Position numbers and translations under genes: made by a program. This document shows, piece by piece, positions 13,301 to 26,215 of a stretch of 64,000 bases of DNA (position 1 is the stretch's first letter; each line of letters starts with the position of its first letter). Origin of the DNA: Lingula anatina (lineage: Eukaryota > Animalia > Brachiopoda); contig CM120644.1 in the NCBI GenBank assembly GCA_051362555.1, forward strand, positions 5,092,954 through 5,156,953, written 5' to 3'. The notes below the pieces were generated by a model that did not search any database, had not been told where the DNA came from, and saw nothing but the letters and a program-made list of their open reading frames with translations.

Positions 13301-16300
13301 CTTCATCTGGTGAATGCAAGTAAGCCACTTTTGAGTGTCAGATCTTCCAGGACCGTCTTTCTTTCTTTCTTTCTTTCGATCTCTATCTTTCTGTCTGTTT
13401 CTTTCGGGTCGGTAATGATTTCAGTCACCTCTATATCTCGATATAAAAGTACAGCATGAGTTTAAAACTGCAATAGTAATAAAAAATGGAACCACAAAGA
13501 TCCTTAATTTTTTATTGTTTTCAGCGGGGTCTCCACATTCTGGATAGCTCATCCGAACAACACGTTCACCAACAATGCAGCTGCGGGCTCAGATGTAAGT
13601 GCAACCGAAAACAGTTCCACTGGATTTGGCCACAAATATGTGCTGCCAACCTTAAAGATGTGAATACAGTTTTGTTTAAAGAATGCGACTGTGATGTGAA
13701 ATTTTATTATCTCGTCATAGTGAAATCTGAAATCCATTCCATATAAAAGCACTTGTTTTTTTGTTATTCCCAGAGCACAGCTTACTGGTTTGCGTTCTAC
13801 AGAGAACCAACGGGTCCATCTGCTGGAACCCTCCCCGAACGCCACGGCGAGAGGACGGCAATTAAGAAGTTTTATAACAACAGAGCCCATTCTAATCCCA
13901 GAAGGGTGAGTGATCATTTTTGGCCAGCCTTATTTTACTGGGACAATTGAAATAGTATACAGGGGCGGGTCCAGGTTTTTTTTTAATGGCGGGTGGGGTG
14001 TCCGCGGATGCGAAGCCGAACGATGCGAAGCCGAACGTCCCCCTCCCCCTTGATGTGGGGTCCGTGGCCTGCTGTTCCCGTGACTTCCCGATTGCAGGGC
14101 CAGGTCGTTGCTGTGATGGAATGACATTCGTTATCTGGGACTCGACCTCATGACTTCCCGTTATCATGGCTTTAGATTTTCTTGCAGCCAACGATAGCGC
14201 TGTACTTGACGACCCGCCAACCTAATATACGTTTTACTACTTATAGTAATAAAATGCACTTATAAGAAATCATATCTAGCAAAAAAATACTGCATAAAAC
14301 ATTCTAGCATTTGAACCCGCATACAAGGGTATAGCTGTGTTTAAGACAGCGGAATTACCACGTCGTTGACAATTAGGTCGTACATTGAATGGAAACTTTC
14401 TACCTTGTCACGCAGAGGGCCAGTTTGGTTGTGCATGTTTACATCTGCATTTATTATCGATAACCCGGGTGCAGTACAGAAGTTCACGATGTACACGAGG
14501 CCTTGTTTGAGAAACCGACACGGATAATTTCGTTTTGTGCTGAGATTAAGTTTAATTTCACGTATGACTTTAAAGAGCACAATGGGTGGTTTGGGTTTAA
14601 GCAATCCCCTATAAGAAGAGAGAATCATTCAAAACGTTCAAACGCGTACAAGTAATTGTGACGATGCCAATTTTGAGAAAAACATAATTCTGCAAAGAAG
14701 ATTCTCTTTTTGTCTGCTGAACGCGATATACAAGTGGTAAGACATGGTAAGATCAAGTATTTGAAGGGGGTCAGTGTTTTATACGAATGGCAGGTCTCAG
14801 ATTTGAAGCCCACCCTCAAGCCCCTTGTGGTACGCTGAAGGGCCCCAGAATATTTTGGTTTTTTTCTGAAGAAAAAACGGTGCCATTTGGAACGGTTAAG
14901 AACTATAAATCAGCTAGTTAAAACTCTAATTTTAAGAGGGAAATATTAGTGTGATTTTTTTTAGAAACCGAAGGGGGGGGAGGGGGGGGAGGGCATAAAA
15001 CGGTTAGTTCGGTTCACATCTCTTTATTCCCGATGCATGTTTTTCTAAATGTACATCAAAGCAAATAAAATGGTGAAATCTGACAAACTCAACGAAAGGA
15101 GGAGACACTTGCATCCCTCTCTTACGTGAATGGGACTAGTCAAGCACCTTCTCACAGACATTTGTGTTGTCCATACGACAGACATTTGTTAGCAGTGGTT
15201 GTGCCCTCAATTATCCAGCACGTATTTTTGCCAGAATTCCATTCCCTGTTGTAACGGGCTATATGAACGTGCGTGCCTGTGGAACATGACCTTGACCCTG
15301 GTGCGTGGTACATGACGTAATACTCTTTGTCCAGAATGCCACTTTTTCTGAGGCGATCCCACGCAGTTTTAACTCCAACGCCCTTGACCAAGATGTCTGC
15401 TGCTTGACCTTTCTTATGCTGAAATAATAATAATAATAATAATAATAGAGTCTGGAGTAAGGCCTCGGCGTTGTGCATAAATTTGACAATTGTTATCAAC
15501 CCCTATTTCTTTCCTGACATTTATTTCAACACTATTGCTGAAATGCGGTGGGTAATGCCAAATATGACTTTTTCGAAGGCATCAGTTCCAAATGAAGAAC
15601 ATATGGGACAAAATCATCATAAATATTATACAAATACTAGCACATTTAAGAAGTTTCTGTTGTCGTATTAAGCTAGATACAAGCGATTCCAGTTGTACAA
15701 ATAATGTCTCTTACATAGGGATCAAAACCACTTCGTCTTCCGCTCGTGACGGTCACCGTGGTTTTGAAAAAGTTTGCGATCTCTTGAAGCTTCATCTTAA
15801 GGGCCACGCTGTCCACCTTTTGGTACCCGTATTTTACTGTCCCACTGAGCGGCTCTGCAAGCACAGAATTGTTATACTGTAACAGGTATAGACTTAGGTT
15901 GGGTCCGCGTGGGAGCTATGAGAAAGTCAAAATAATGATGAAAATGAAATGAATAATTCATGCTTCAAATTTAGCAAGAGCTGATCATTGATGCACTGTG
16001 AAACAGTAATGTTTTATAATTGTAACGAAACTTGACCATGACACAATGCATATATGATTTTTAAATGGATACTTTGCTTTTGTAATTGAATATAGAACGT
16101 CCAAAACTAGCTATAATTTCTAAAACTTTTCAACCATGATATTGACTTGATATCAGTGTGGCAATTTTATTCTTGAAAAAAGCATTTTTCAAGAAATAAA
16201 ATCTCCCTTCGTTACTTACTGACGCAACTTGCGTCTTTCTTTAAAGCAACCCATCCACTTCCCGAGCCAGTTCTCCTCAAGGTACTGTGTCGCCAACACC

Positions 16301-18332
16301 GGCCGTCAGAAGTTCGATAGGTGGCAGCAACACACAAACGATTAGTTGCGCATGCGTCGGAACATCTTCCTTCAGACCCTGTTATGAAGTTGTCAATGTC
16401 GCGTCCTTTGACGTAGAATGCATTTGCACGCCGCGTCATCCGACATATTCCTAAAACCAACAAACAGACAAAGCTGATATGTCATTTATATGTTGGGGGA
16501 AAGAATCTAATTTGGTTTTAAAAGAAAGCCTACTGTGCATTTGGTTGATGATTAAGTCTCCGAGAATTCCGAAAACGCACGCTATCGTATGTGTTTAATA
16601 CTGGAATCACGCGTACGGTTATTTGACATGGCATTTTATTTTCGAGAAATAATATTATTTTCGAAATGCAGCGTCTTATAAATGCATGTGCTTGTAGGAG
16701 CGGACTGTAACATTCTCCTGACATCTTGTCCAGCATTTCCTCTCATGAAATTGTCTAGTGCAAGACACGAGACACTTTTATTTACTACAGTTAAAACCAT
16801 TTAAAACATTTATTTAAAACAATTAAAAGAAGTTCTACAAAACATTTTGTCACACAATGAGCATTTGACCGTCAGGAAACAGAATGAAATTTAATTTGGA
16901 AACATTTCCCATACTCTTGAAGGTTGGTAAAAAAAGTTGAAAAAATTACAATTTAAAAAGATTTTTTAGGTTCGAAATTAAGAGTTTTAAAACGGGATTA
17001 TACATCCTTAATTTGTCTGTGGTTTTGGATATAACACGCTTTAATTGGTGTTAAAAGAAATACTGCTGAAATGTCGTGGATAGTTATTAAATTAAAATTA
17101 TTTGATTATCTTTATTTTTCTTTACTTGCTAATAATTAAGGACCTAACGCACATCATATCATTTTGTTCCTCAAACTTAACACTAACAATTCTATTAGCA
17201 TGTTTTCAAAAGTTAATTTTTTACAGTGCAATTCAACAAACCATAAAGTTTATCATATAATGAAATATACTTTACCATTGACATTGACGGCTGCAAGGCC
17301 CAATATCAAAATTGTGACGAAGATTGATCTCATGGCGACAATTCCCTCGGTTTCTGTCAATACCGATGACATGAAAATATTAGTCGAGACAGCGTGTTTT
17401 ATACAAAAATTCGGCCCACGTCTCAATTTAAAGTCACTTAGTGCAATGTAACCGCACATTACGGACAAACACGATAATTTTCTTACGACCTAACCCAAAT
17501 GTGTCATAATCGGGGGTAAAGGATATTAAACATTGTCAGAGTGGTTACAATGACATTAATCTTCTGTTTAAAACAGTGAAATAATTATATATATAGCATA
17601 TACATATAATTATTTATATTTACTGGTAAATGATTTTATGTTTTATACTAATGTTAGGTTAAGAGGTACATGTAAATACACCCCATAAATGCCAACATCC
17701 TCCACATATCCTTCCTCCGAACAAGGGCAATGTATTTTATGGCTGCACTACGGCGATGAAATGGTTATAGACACGGTTAACAACATGAGAGGATGTGTCA
17801 AGATAAAATAAGAAAGTGGGATGTCCTGCCAAAATAGGTTCGTCTGCTGACCATGATATGGGCGCGTTGTGGTGATATTACCATTAAAGACTCTTGGTAG
17901 GTCAAAGACAAAGACGTCCATCAACGTTTGTTTTATTATTTCTAGAACGGTGCTATACATGAAGTTATATTCCGATTATAATGACAAGCAAAGTTCAAAT
18001 TCTATTTCTATTTGAATGATATAAATCAATTTTGGTATATCTGCAAAGGGGTAGTGAAAAACGAGGAGTGACATGAGAATGACTTTAATGTTACCCCGCA
18101 ACGTTGGGGTTCGTTCAAAAAGCCAGTTCCTCGCTAGAACAAACGTCATCTACATGGAAATTCTACATTACAAGCCGCTATATCTCTCGAAACGTGTTTT
18201 TTTAATTTAGAATAATTATTTTACTGTCAGTTAATTTTCTATCCCCAGTTGCGATGAAACAGGCCATGTTAATTCACTGAAGGTTGCAGGATCAATATCA
18301 CTCATGTAATGAAATTACGTTTCGAAGTTTTA

Positions 18333-18363
<31 letters not shown>

Positions 18364-21300
18364 TTATTATTTAAAAAACCGAAGTGGTCTGTGGTCCGTT
18401 TCGAGATTGCACGTCTACGCAGTCAAAAATGATAGCATTTTTAGGACTATACGTAAACAAGTTAAACGGAATAAGACAACAGTATACACGTTAATCAGTG
18501 CCCCAATAACATTAACATCATAAATTCAAATGCCCTGTCCCTCAAGGGCTTATCTCTGACATACAGGGGCACAGTTTGAAATGAAATCCCAGGTCTTTAG
18601 TTAAAAGGAATTATTTTGACGCATGCGTATTGCAGGCCGCACTGATGCTGGATGACGGGGTAAAAATCACACAGTCAACCGAGAGTGACCCGGCCGAATA
18701 TTTGTCAATCCAGGCATCGGCAAGGTAAGGGAAACATAAAGCAACACTGCACCTGCACTCTGACAAATCTGGGAGGAAAAGGCACGTACATGTATATGAT
18801 AAGCACCAATTAAGTTAATCCAATTAACTTATCCCTCCTTCGGGTAACATCCATTGCGTGTGCCCTTCCCAGAGTATCTTTGGTACGCCACTGAAAATGG
18901 CTGTTATTAAAATATGCCAATCAGACCCTTAAGTGTTCCTGCCTTTGTTATCATGAATATTACCTTTCACTTTTAACAGACTTTTATAAAGTGTGCATCT
19001 TCACAAAAGAAATATTTATTTTACATTTGAAAACTCTGTCAGGGGGCTGCTTCTCCAATATTTAGATTTAAGATTATTCACAACTTCTTTAAAAATGGTA
19101 ACATGGTATTTAACTTATTGACTTCAAAGTGAATGGATATACCATTAAAGACCGAAAGATTTTGTCCTGTAATGAAAGGGATCTGGATGTGACGATTACG
19201 TGCAATTGCATGATACTGGCAACTAACCGTGGTTTTACTTTTAACTTTTTAAGTTTCCTTTTCTTTTTTTTTAGACACGCTCCCCACGTGGACGCTGACA
19301 TCGATAAGCCCAGGGCCACCTCGTTAATAGAGCGCTTCACGGCGTTCAAGGCAGCAAACTGGGGGATATGGGCACGTGGTGGTGATATTACCATTAAAGA
19401 CTCTTGGTATGTCAAAGACAAAGACGTCCTTCAACGTTTGTTTTATTATTTCTAGAACGGTCTTATGCATAGTTATCTTCCGATTATAATGGTACTACAT
19501 ACTTAAACTCTGACCGATGCATTTAATGTGTTTACACGTTTAAATATTTGCAAGTAATTGTGTTTATAGAAAAAACCTAGAATTTAAAAAAGTTATGTTT
19601 AGGGGAATATTGAATACATAGAACCGGTGTTACCCGGTATGTATTTCCAAATGTAGAAAAACTTTCAAAATGACATGGTTTTCCAAATGAATTACAGGTT
19701 TGCTGACGTCACGGAAGGTATCATTTTAGCAAGGTAATTACCATTCGATGGAAAATAAAACGACCTATAGAATGCTCACATTATTTTGATTCGTTCCGTC
19801 ACCTGATACATTAGAGTGAAATGGCTCTGTAGTACGAAGGATCGAAGGTGCCTGAAATTTGTTAATAACTTTAAAAATAATCCTGTTTGGAATGCATTCC
19901 GTTTGTATATTGAACTTGCTTTCCTTGGTCCTGGTCTTTGTTACGTATATGTAGTTACTAGATAACGAGTGTAAGCTAACTATAGAAGAGGCAGGTTGTG
20001 ACTGGCATCTTCTTTAAACATATTATCGCTGCACTATTTAATGTAGATAGAACTTAATTTTTGTAAATGACCGCTGTAAAGTAGCAGATTGTCTTCCATG
20101 ATAGCGAGTAAGCTTCCCCTTCATTTGTGCAGGTAAGCCTCGCTCTAGATTTTGACCCACTTAGGTCAGGGTAACACTAACCATTATAACTACATGTAAA
20201 TGATATTCGATCAGTTTTGAGTCTGTTTCTATAATGGGTTTTACCATACAGTGAAGGAAGAACCCCATTTGACCCCGGCAGTCATCAGGAAGTCATAAAT
20301 ACCGTCTTTGTCGGCGAAAGTGAGAACAGAGGAACGAAAAATCTGGGAACAGACAATCCAAACTGGGCAGAAGGCTTTGACGGAAAGATGCGAAATTTTC
20401 CAAACAAAAAGTGAGTCGCTGCATAATAGGCCTAGGCCTATTCCCCTTGGTAAGGCACCTTAATTTGCTCTGGCAAAATAATAAAATCTTATGCCCATGC
20501 AATTTCACCTTGTATGTATGGCGCGAAGAAACCATGACAGGTCAATTACTCTCGTTTTGCGTTTATCACTTATAAGACACTCCTCATTATATGGGCAACG
20601 TGGGTATTCAGATACATTGTACCTATATCGCAATTTCCAGAGTAGAACCCCGGAGGGGCATGGTTGTTTACGACGGTCCCATCTCCGTAGAAAGATGCCA
20701 GTTTAAGCGCTACGTGAGCCAGTACAACAAAGCCACAGCAGCCATTGGGTTCCTCCTCGAAAACAAGTTCCAGATTGCTCCAACAAGCAGGTTCCTTGAG
20801 GCATCGTTTGACGACGTGGTAACTACGGATTCTCAGTTTATCTTCTCGTCTGAAATACCCGTATTAGTGTCTAATGTAGCACATGGTTGTGCTGTATGTC
20901 TAGGATGACATACAGCAGAGGACGTAATATTCTGAAAACAAGGCAATGCAAATTGCAACTCAGCATCAAATATCTGAAGTGGGAAGTTCTATTCGTGTCG
21001 TAAAATCGGTTTATCTGTACCAGCTGTAAATATACGGCGGTAGGTGTGCGTTCGAAGTGGTTTATGCCTTGAAGCAGTATTCCTTGATCACGACCCATTG
21101 TCTGACTTAAATTACTAATAAGTGATATGTTCGTTTTTTTTCAGACTCGCCGTGCATGGCTTCATCGCATCCCAACTGGCTATATTTCCACTAAACCAGA
21201 TGGAGATGGCGACAAAACTCAGATTTTCCACGACGCGGACGGCTCCGTTAGTGGTTATACAGACTCTTACGTCATTCGAGCAGACAACTATCTTCTCCGC

Positions 21301-23238
21301 CATGATGGGTGTGTAGAAAAACCCGAATGGAATTGCGTAGTCTGTAAAGGATCATATTCACAGGTTGGTTGGTGTGAAGAACTCATATTGCTTTTTCTGA
21401 GATTGAAAGCTGTAAAATACATGTTGCGTTATTTACTTAGTGCCAATGACCAAGAACTAACCATTTTCACTCTACGCATTATGATGATAAAACTGTGCAC
21501 GGTATATGGAATAGCATTATGTATACTGCCAGTAAAATGTTTATTTTAAATAAAGAATACTTCAATAATTTCAGTTATTTGAAATAAATGCAGTGAATTA
21601 GAAATACATATACATGCATTTCTGAAGCCGACTTTTGTTTAAATGATAATTTGATGATCTCTGTGTTTTTAGATGTGGGTAATACCGATAAGCGATAACC
21701 TTATAATGAGCATGACTCGTACGGACCACCCAGACAAGCCTCTTGAATTGGAGAATCAATCAGGAGGCACCAGCGCTAGTAAATGGAAAAAATATCAGCC
21801 GTCCATGTTAATAGGACAAACCTACATCATCCACTGGAGCGATACTGCGCCTGAAACCATTTCTCTTCACCTTATGAATTTCAACAGGTGGTCTATATTC
21901 TACTAACTCCATCCAGGATGTTATGTATTCACTTCTGTCTGTCTGTTTGTTTGTCATCAGTCTAATTCAAAACGCCATGGGCGGAATTTGCTGATATTTT
22001 CAGAATAGGTCAGAAATGAGGTAGCATACTTTTTAAACGTGATTAGGGTTAAGTGGTGATCCGTGGTCCCGTTCGACATCCATGAATGGGCCCAAACTCG
22101 AGAATTCTGAAAATAGAGGTTTTCACCATAGAGAGATAGGGCCAATAGCCTTGTTCAATGGAGGTGCTCTTAGCTACCATAATTTATCAGATTACTGAGG
22201 CACGCACCATCCACTGATATATTTTCTAGTTTTCCTGGTAAATTATATATCCCCGATATATGGTGATCAAATATAATACAAACTTCAACTACGTATACGT
22301 GTTCGCAATGTTTTATTTTTTGCTGGTACCATTATCTGACTAAGGTAATAGCGTGAATATCAAAAAGAGGGCTTTAAGTAACCAAGGCATAAACAAATGG
22401 TAATTACCGTGTCGAAAACCATGGCAAAACACCTGAAATTTTAGATTATACAATGCTTACTCGAAAACCACTCAGTGCCTGTAAAGTTTTCATTTACGTT
22501 TCGTTTAATTCCTGTATCCTCATTTTTCCAGGAACGACTATATCATACTTGGACTCTGCTACCCCCTTGGGACAACATTTGCTGAGATCGAATACAGAGC
22601 CAGATGGACAAGCGGCACCCAAAAGATCCTGACAGAAGTCCAGTCGTTGGATAAAGTTAAAAATGGCAATGGTGACGTATATTACTGGGATTCAGAAGTT
22701 GGGTGAGTGTTTGGTATAATGCGCCATACAGTTCATCTAGGCTATTGGAGACTGGGGATGGATCTGAATTTGAAGCCCATTGGTATTAATCTATAGAACA
22801 ATCCATTCATTTATCGAGGGTTGCACTAAATCTGAAGCTCAAATCTATCGTTTACTTCAGCAGAGTTACAATAGTAGCTACAATCCGAAAAAAGTCCTTC
22901 CTAGAGTGATGTCGGAAATAACAAAAGATAGATCAGTACATTACAGTATATATATCATTAGACAGGTGCACGTACACACCAGTACAAGATAAAGAAGTAA
23001 AGGGGGTGTAGAAAGACAAAAAGATACATACATATGTATGTTACGCGTAATATTTATTTCCAGACTATTGTTCCTTAAAATCATTGCGCAATACGACAGG
23101 GAAGGCTGGAACTACTGCTCCAACATGGGATGTGAGGTGGTCACGATCGATGCCACTGTACCAGATGGCGCCACCAGCGTCTGCCCAGGAGCCTATCCCA
23201 AGTACCAAGAAGAGCCTGTCAACATTCCGATTGCCTGA
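3801..23238 (+). CDS. CEMIP: CEMIP/TMEM2 (CEMIP2)-like secreted protein, paralog 1 (signal peptide, G8 domain, GG domain, parallel beta-helix region), ~1085 aa
   Basis: Exons with GT-AG ends and consistent phase: 3801-3837, 7474-7629, 8009-8111, 8748-8908, 9266-9430, 9804-9918, 10774-10844, 11108-11197, 11565-11765, 12288-12457, 12736-12945, 13117-13319, 13525-13594, 13774-13905, 18636-18724, 19275-19406, 19698-19733, 20252-20410, 20641-20818, 21145-21363, 21673-21887, 22532-22702, 23064-23238 (3258 nt). Family motifs: [90 protein letters not shown]-terminus MCVIIICFLTFSMARA-QD. Exon 1 is the least certain. Confidence 0.92.
4797..6496 (+). mobile_element. 5'-truncated non-LTR retrotransposon (CR1/L2-like group) RT pseudogene in intron 1 of CEMIP paralog 1
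   Basis: One frame with RT motifs (KAIGPDQIP, LRPISLT, LDFAKAFD, GVPQGTKLGP, KFVND for YADD, IRSVLEYACPVW). In-frame stops at 5017, 5206 and 5653; ORF ends 6348; 3' end is AATAAA plus an (ATT)n tail. The 5' boundary is approximate. Confidence 0.9.
8130..8356. mobile_element. Small TIR element (MITE), family shared with 40485-40715
   Basis: Ends AGAAGTGTCACCCC ... GGGGTGTCACATCTGTTGTCCAGTG; internal sequence clearly homologous to the 40485-40715 copy. Confidence 0.7.
11895..12148. mobile_element. MITE with ~16-bp terminal inverted repeats
   Basis: TA-AAGCCTAGGTCCCAAC ... GTTGGGACCTGGGCTT-TA; GC-rich island inside an AT-rich intron. Confidence 0.65.
15152..17333 (-). CDS. Nested secreted protein: signal peptide + PAN/apple domain + peptidase M15-like (Zn D-Ala-D-Ala carboxypeptidase/endolysin-type) domain, ~231 aa
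   Basis: Minus-strand exons 17333-17276 (MRSIFVTILILGLAAVNVNG, context GTCGCCATG), 16450-16220 (6-Cys PAN pattern), 15854-15715 (..VTVTSGRRSGFDPY) and 15418-15152 (HKKGQAADI...HVHIARY...stop). All GT-AG, phases 1/1/0, 696 nt with no stop. Motifs: TSGxR, H-x6-D and HxH. Confidence 0.82.
17397..17403 (-). promoter_or_regulatory. Candidate TATA box of the nested PAN-M15 gene
   Basis: TATAAAA on the minus strand ~64 nt upstream of the ATG at 17333. Confidence 0.5.
17855..17983 (+). pseudogene. Duplicated fragment of CEMIP paralog 1 exon 16 3' end plus adjacent intron
   Basis: Near-copy of 19365-19491 (GATATGGGC.CGT..GGTGATATTACCATTAAAGACTCTTGGTA.GTCAAAGACAAAGACGTCC...CGATTATAATG). Confidence 0.85.
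21902..22230 (+). mobile_element. Degenerate Helentron/DINE-like non-autonomous element related to 29813-30046
   Basis: Shares GTTATGT.TTCACT..TGTCTGTCTGTTTGTTTGTCATCA, TTTTCAG.A..GTCAGAA, GTGGTGATCCG and the terminal TTTTCTAGTT. Confidence 0.55.
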
Positions 23239-23392
23239 ACGTGACAGTGACAGGAAACAGTTTGCCAATATATATAATAAGCAGATTGCTAATATATTAA
23301 CTATATATACACAGATTTTAAAACAAAGTTCAAACTGCGGTCTGTTTAACATTCGAATAAACTGTATTGTCAGATTATGTACACGATGCTAA

Positions 23393-23394
<2 letters not shown>

Positions 23395-23430
<36 letters not shown>
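23395..23430. repeat. (TA)n microsatellite
   Basis: Direct reading. Confidence 0.9.
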
Positions 23431-23434
<4 letters not shown>

Positions 23435-23620
23435 CAGATAGCAAGAAACATATTCCGTTTTGGTAGTTCATTGATATCTGGCAACATATATGAACACGAA
23501 TCAAGTAAGTGTTAAATAAATTGTCTAATTTTCTTGTTTTGGATATAATGCACTTTGTAATAAAATGACCATTCTGATCAACCTTCGGATACATGAAGCT
23601 GTATAGTTTTATATTTAATG

Positions 23621-23624
<4 letters not shown>

Positions 23625-23660
<36 letters not shown>
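23625..23660. repeat. (AAT)n microsatellite
   Basis: Direct reading. Confidence 0.9.
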
Positions 23661-23661
<1 letters not shown>

Positions 23662-24079
23662 TTATAGTCTAAAATCCAGCCTAAAAATGTTCAGTAGACT
23701 TAACATGGGTAAAATGAACAGAATAAGATGACTAAAATAAATGAAAATGTAGTTAAAATAATAAGATATCAACTAAAGATGTGAAGTAAAATGTTACACT
23801 TGACACAGTGGCAGACTGCATGCATGGTGCGTGAACTTACTTGCAGGTTAATCAATTAGCGTGAATGTTTACATCAGCTGTCATTTAATAAAATTTATTA
23901 GTTTTTTTTGTGAGCAATTCTGAGTTGAGTATTTCCGTGTCCGCGAGAAACACCAGGTATCAGTTGGGCATAGTGTCGTCTTTGTCAGTCATTTTTATGT
24001 ACAGACACAGATGTGTCTGTACATATAGCCATCATCTGCGTCTGTCGTCGCCGTCGTCGCCGTCGTCGTCGTGCACTCA

Positions 24080-24555
24080 GCGATAACACGATAAGTGGAA
24101 TACCGTTTTACATTTTGTATTCAAATTTACAGAACTGATGAATATTCATAATACGCAGGTCAAGTTCGAAAATCAGCATGATCGGGCCATTTTTAGGGAG
24201 GTTATGCTTTTTTAAAACTTTTTTTAGCATTATTATAACACCGATAACACGATAAGTGAAAAACCTTTTTACTTTTTGGCTTGAAACTTATAAAACTGAT
24301 GAATATTCATAATATGCAGGGCAAGTTCGAAAATCAGCATGATCGGGCCATTTTTAGGGAAGTTATGCTGTTTTTTCACTTTTTTCAGCATATATGCAGC
24401 ACCGATAACACGATAAGTGGAAAACCATTTTACTTTTTGGCTTGAAACTTACAAAACTGATGAATATTTATAATCCGCAGGTCAAGTTCGAAAATCAACA
24501 TGATCGGGCCATTTTTAGGGAAGTTATGCTGTTTTTTCACTTTTTTCATCATATA
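24080..24555. repeat. ~160-bp tandem repeat array (3 copies, resumes after the Tc1 insertion at ~26218)
   Basis: GATAACACGATAAGTG at 24083, 24243 and 24404; CAAGTTCGAAAATCAGCATGATCGGGCC in each unit. Confidence 0.9.
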
Positions 24556-26215
24556 CAGGGTTACCACTTAATATGGAATATTATTTTTGGCGAGTAAATT
24601 TTCTACAAAATATTTTTTTCTCTCTAACTACTTTACATCCAAATCTGAGGTGTCACTCCCTGAGTAGCCAGGTGTGTTACCTAATTACCACACAACTCTC
24701 GAAACAATTGATGCATGCAGTTGCATGTTCTGTGGTCAGAAATGTGAGGGGTGGTCTTTTCGGCAATTTCTGCCCTTGTATAAACACGCATGGGTTTGGT
24801 CAATCTTTGGAGTGTGTTTAGAGAAGCAACAAAGGGATCGCACTGAAACTTGACAGGTACCTTATTGAAGATATGGTTCGACAGCTAAGCAACGCAGCTT
24901 ACTATGGGACTCTTGCTCTCGGAGAAAATGTCCAGAAACGGACAGCCATTGCCAGGTAATTCAACATTTATCAAGAACCGTTTGTAAAGTCCTCCAAAGA
25001 AATGCTGCAACAGGGGCACCTACTCCAATACCTCGACCAGGGTGTCCGCGTATCACACCAAGAAGAAAGGATCGCCTTCTCCTTAGAGGACGCCGTGCTG
25101 GTCGTACAAAGGCAACCAGTGTCCTCAGAAAAGAGAGGCAGAATGTCATTCAAACGCCCGTTTCAAGGTCAATCGTGAACAAGAGATTACTGCAAGCCGT
25201 TTATTTTGCACGAAGGCCGGTAGGGAAACCACTGTTAACAGCAGGTCATATACAGCGACGTCTGCAATGGGCTGGGGACCACGTGCGTTTGCAGCCAAAA
25301 CACTGGAATCACGTCGTTTTCAGTAATGAGGCCACATATGGATCTTTTAGGGTTGATGGTCGAATCCGTGTCCACCGACGTGTACGAGGGACATAAAACG
25401 ATGATTGTGTACTACCTAGGGTGCAAGCAGGGGGTTGTAACGTCTCTGTTTGAGGAGAATTTCATGTCGGTGCCCAGAACCAGTTGGTTTTTCTAAGAGG
25501 CAACCTCAGCCAGGATTCCTACAGAGACATTCTACAGCAAACGATGCTTCGATTGGTAAGAGCCATCTTCAGGAACAACTTTGTGTACCAAGACGACTGC
25601 GCAACCCCACATCGAGGCCGCAGAATCACTGTTTTTCTTCAAAACCAATGGGTTCAGCAAATGCCCTGGCCTGCAAACTCTCCAGATATGAACCCAATTG
25701 AAAATCTTTGGGCAAAAGTAACTCACAGAATTAATAGCTATGGTCATCGGCCGGTAAATAGTGATGAACTGTGACAGGCAAATATCACTGCGTGGAATGA
25801 TATCCCCATCCAAACTCTAAAAAACGTGTTACAGGGTATGTCATGTAGGATGAGGGCGCTGCAAGCGGCTGCTGGATGTCATACCCGCAATTACTGGCTT
25901 TTCATGATTTACTGTAGTGAGTTCTTTGACTGTGTTACATATCACTGTCCGGAGGCTATCATTTACTTTAATATCTTAGCTTAAAGTTAATACTGACATT
26001 AAACTGTTGATATGGTTTTCTGGGGGTGTTCCTTTCTTTTGAATGGCATCTTATGTCAGATTTGATATCATTGACCAAAATATCTCACAACAGAAGACTG
26101 GATGTTTTTATTACTCAGTGGCTTACTTTTTTAATGACTCAAGCCAAAAAAAAAAATTAATCAGTACTCAAAAATAACAATGATCAAAAATATTCCATAT
26201 TAAGTAGCAACCCTG
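24556..26215 (+). mobile_element. Tc1/mariner DNA transposon (DD34E), full length but with a defective transposase
   Basis: TIRs CAGGGTTACCACTTAATATGGAATA / TATTCCATATTAAGTAGCAACCCTG and TA target duplication on both sides. Transposase fragments ~24873-25900 (WNHVVFSNE, YQDDCATPH, WPANSPDMNPIENLW; 34 residues between D and E) with stops and frameshifts. Confidence 0.93.

Noticed and set aside
15152-15854. Hedgehog gene (shares H-x6-D and HxH)
   Set aside because: No CGPGR N-terminus and no Hint/intein domain; TSGxR and GQAADI read as bacterial M15-type. A distant relationship still needs phylogenetic testing.
15879-15915. Alternative acceptor for nested-gene exon 3 giving a PAN-only protein (TPTRTQPKSIPVTV*)
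   Set aside because: Possible minor isoform, but the downstream acceptor at 15854 restores a complete catalytic motif; cannot be decided without RNA data.
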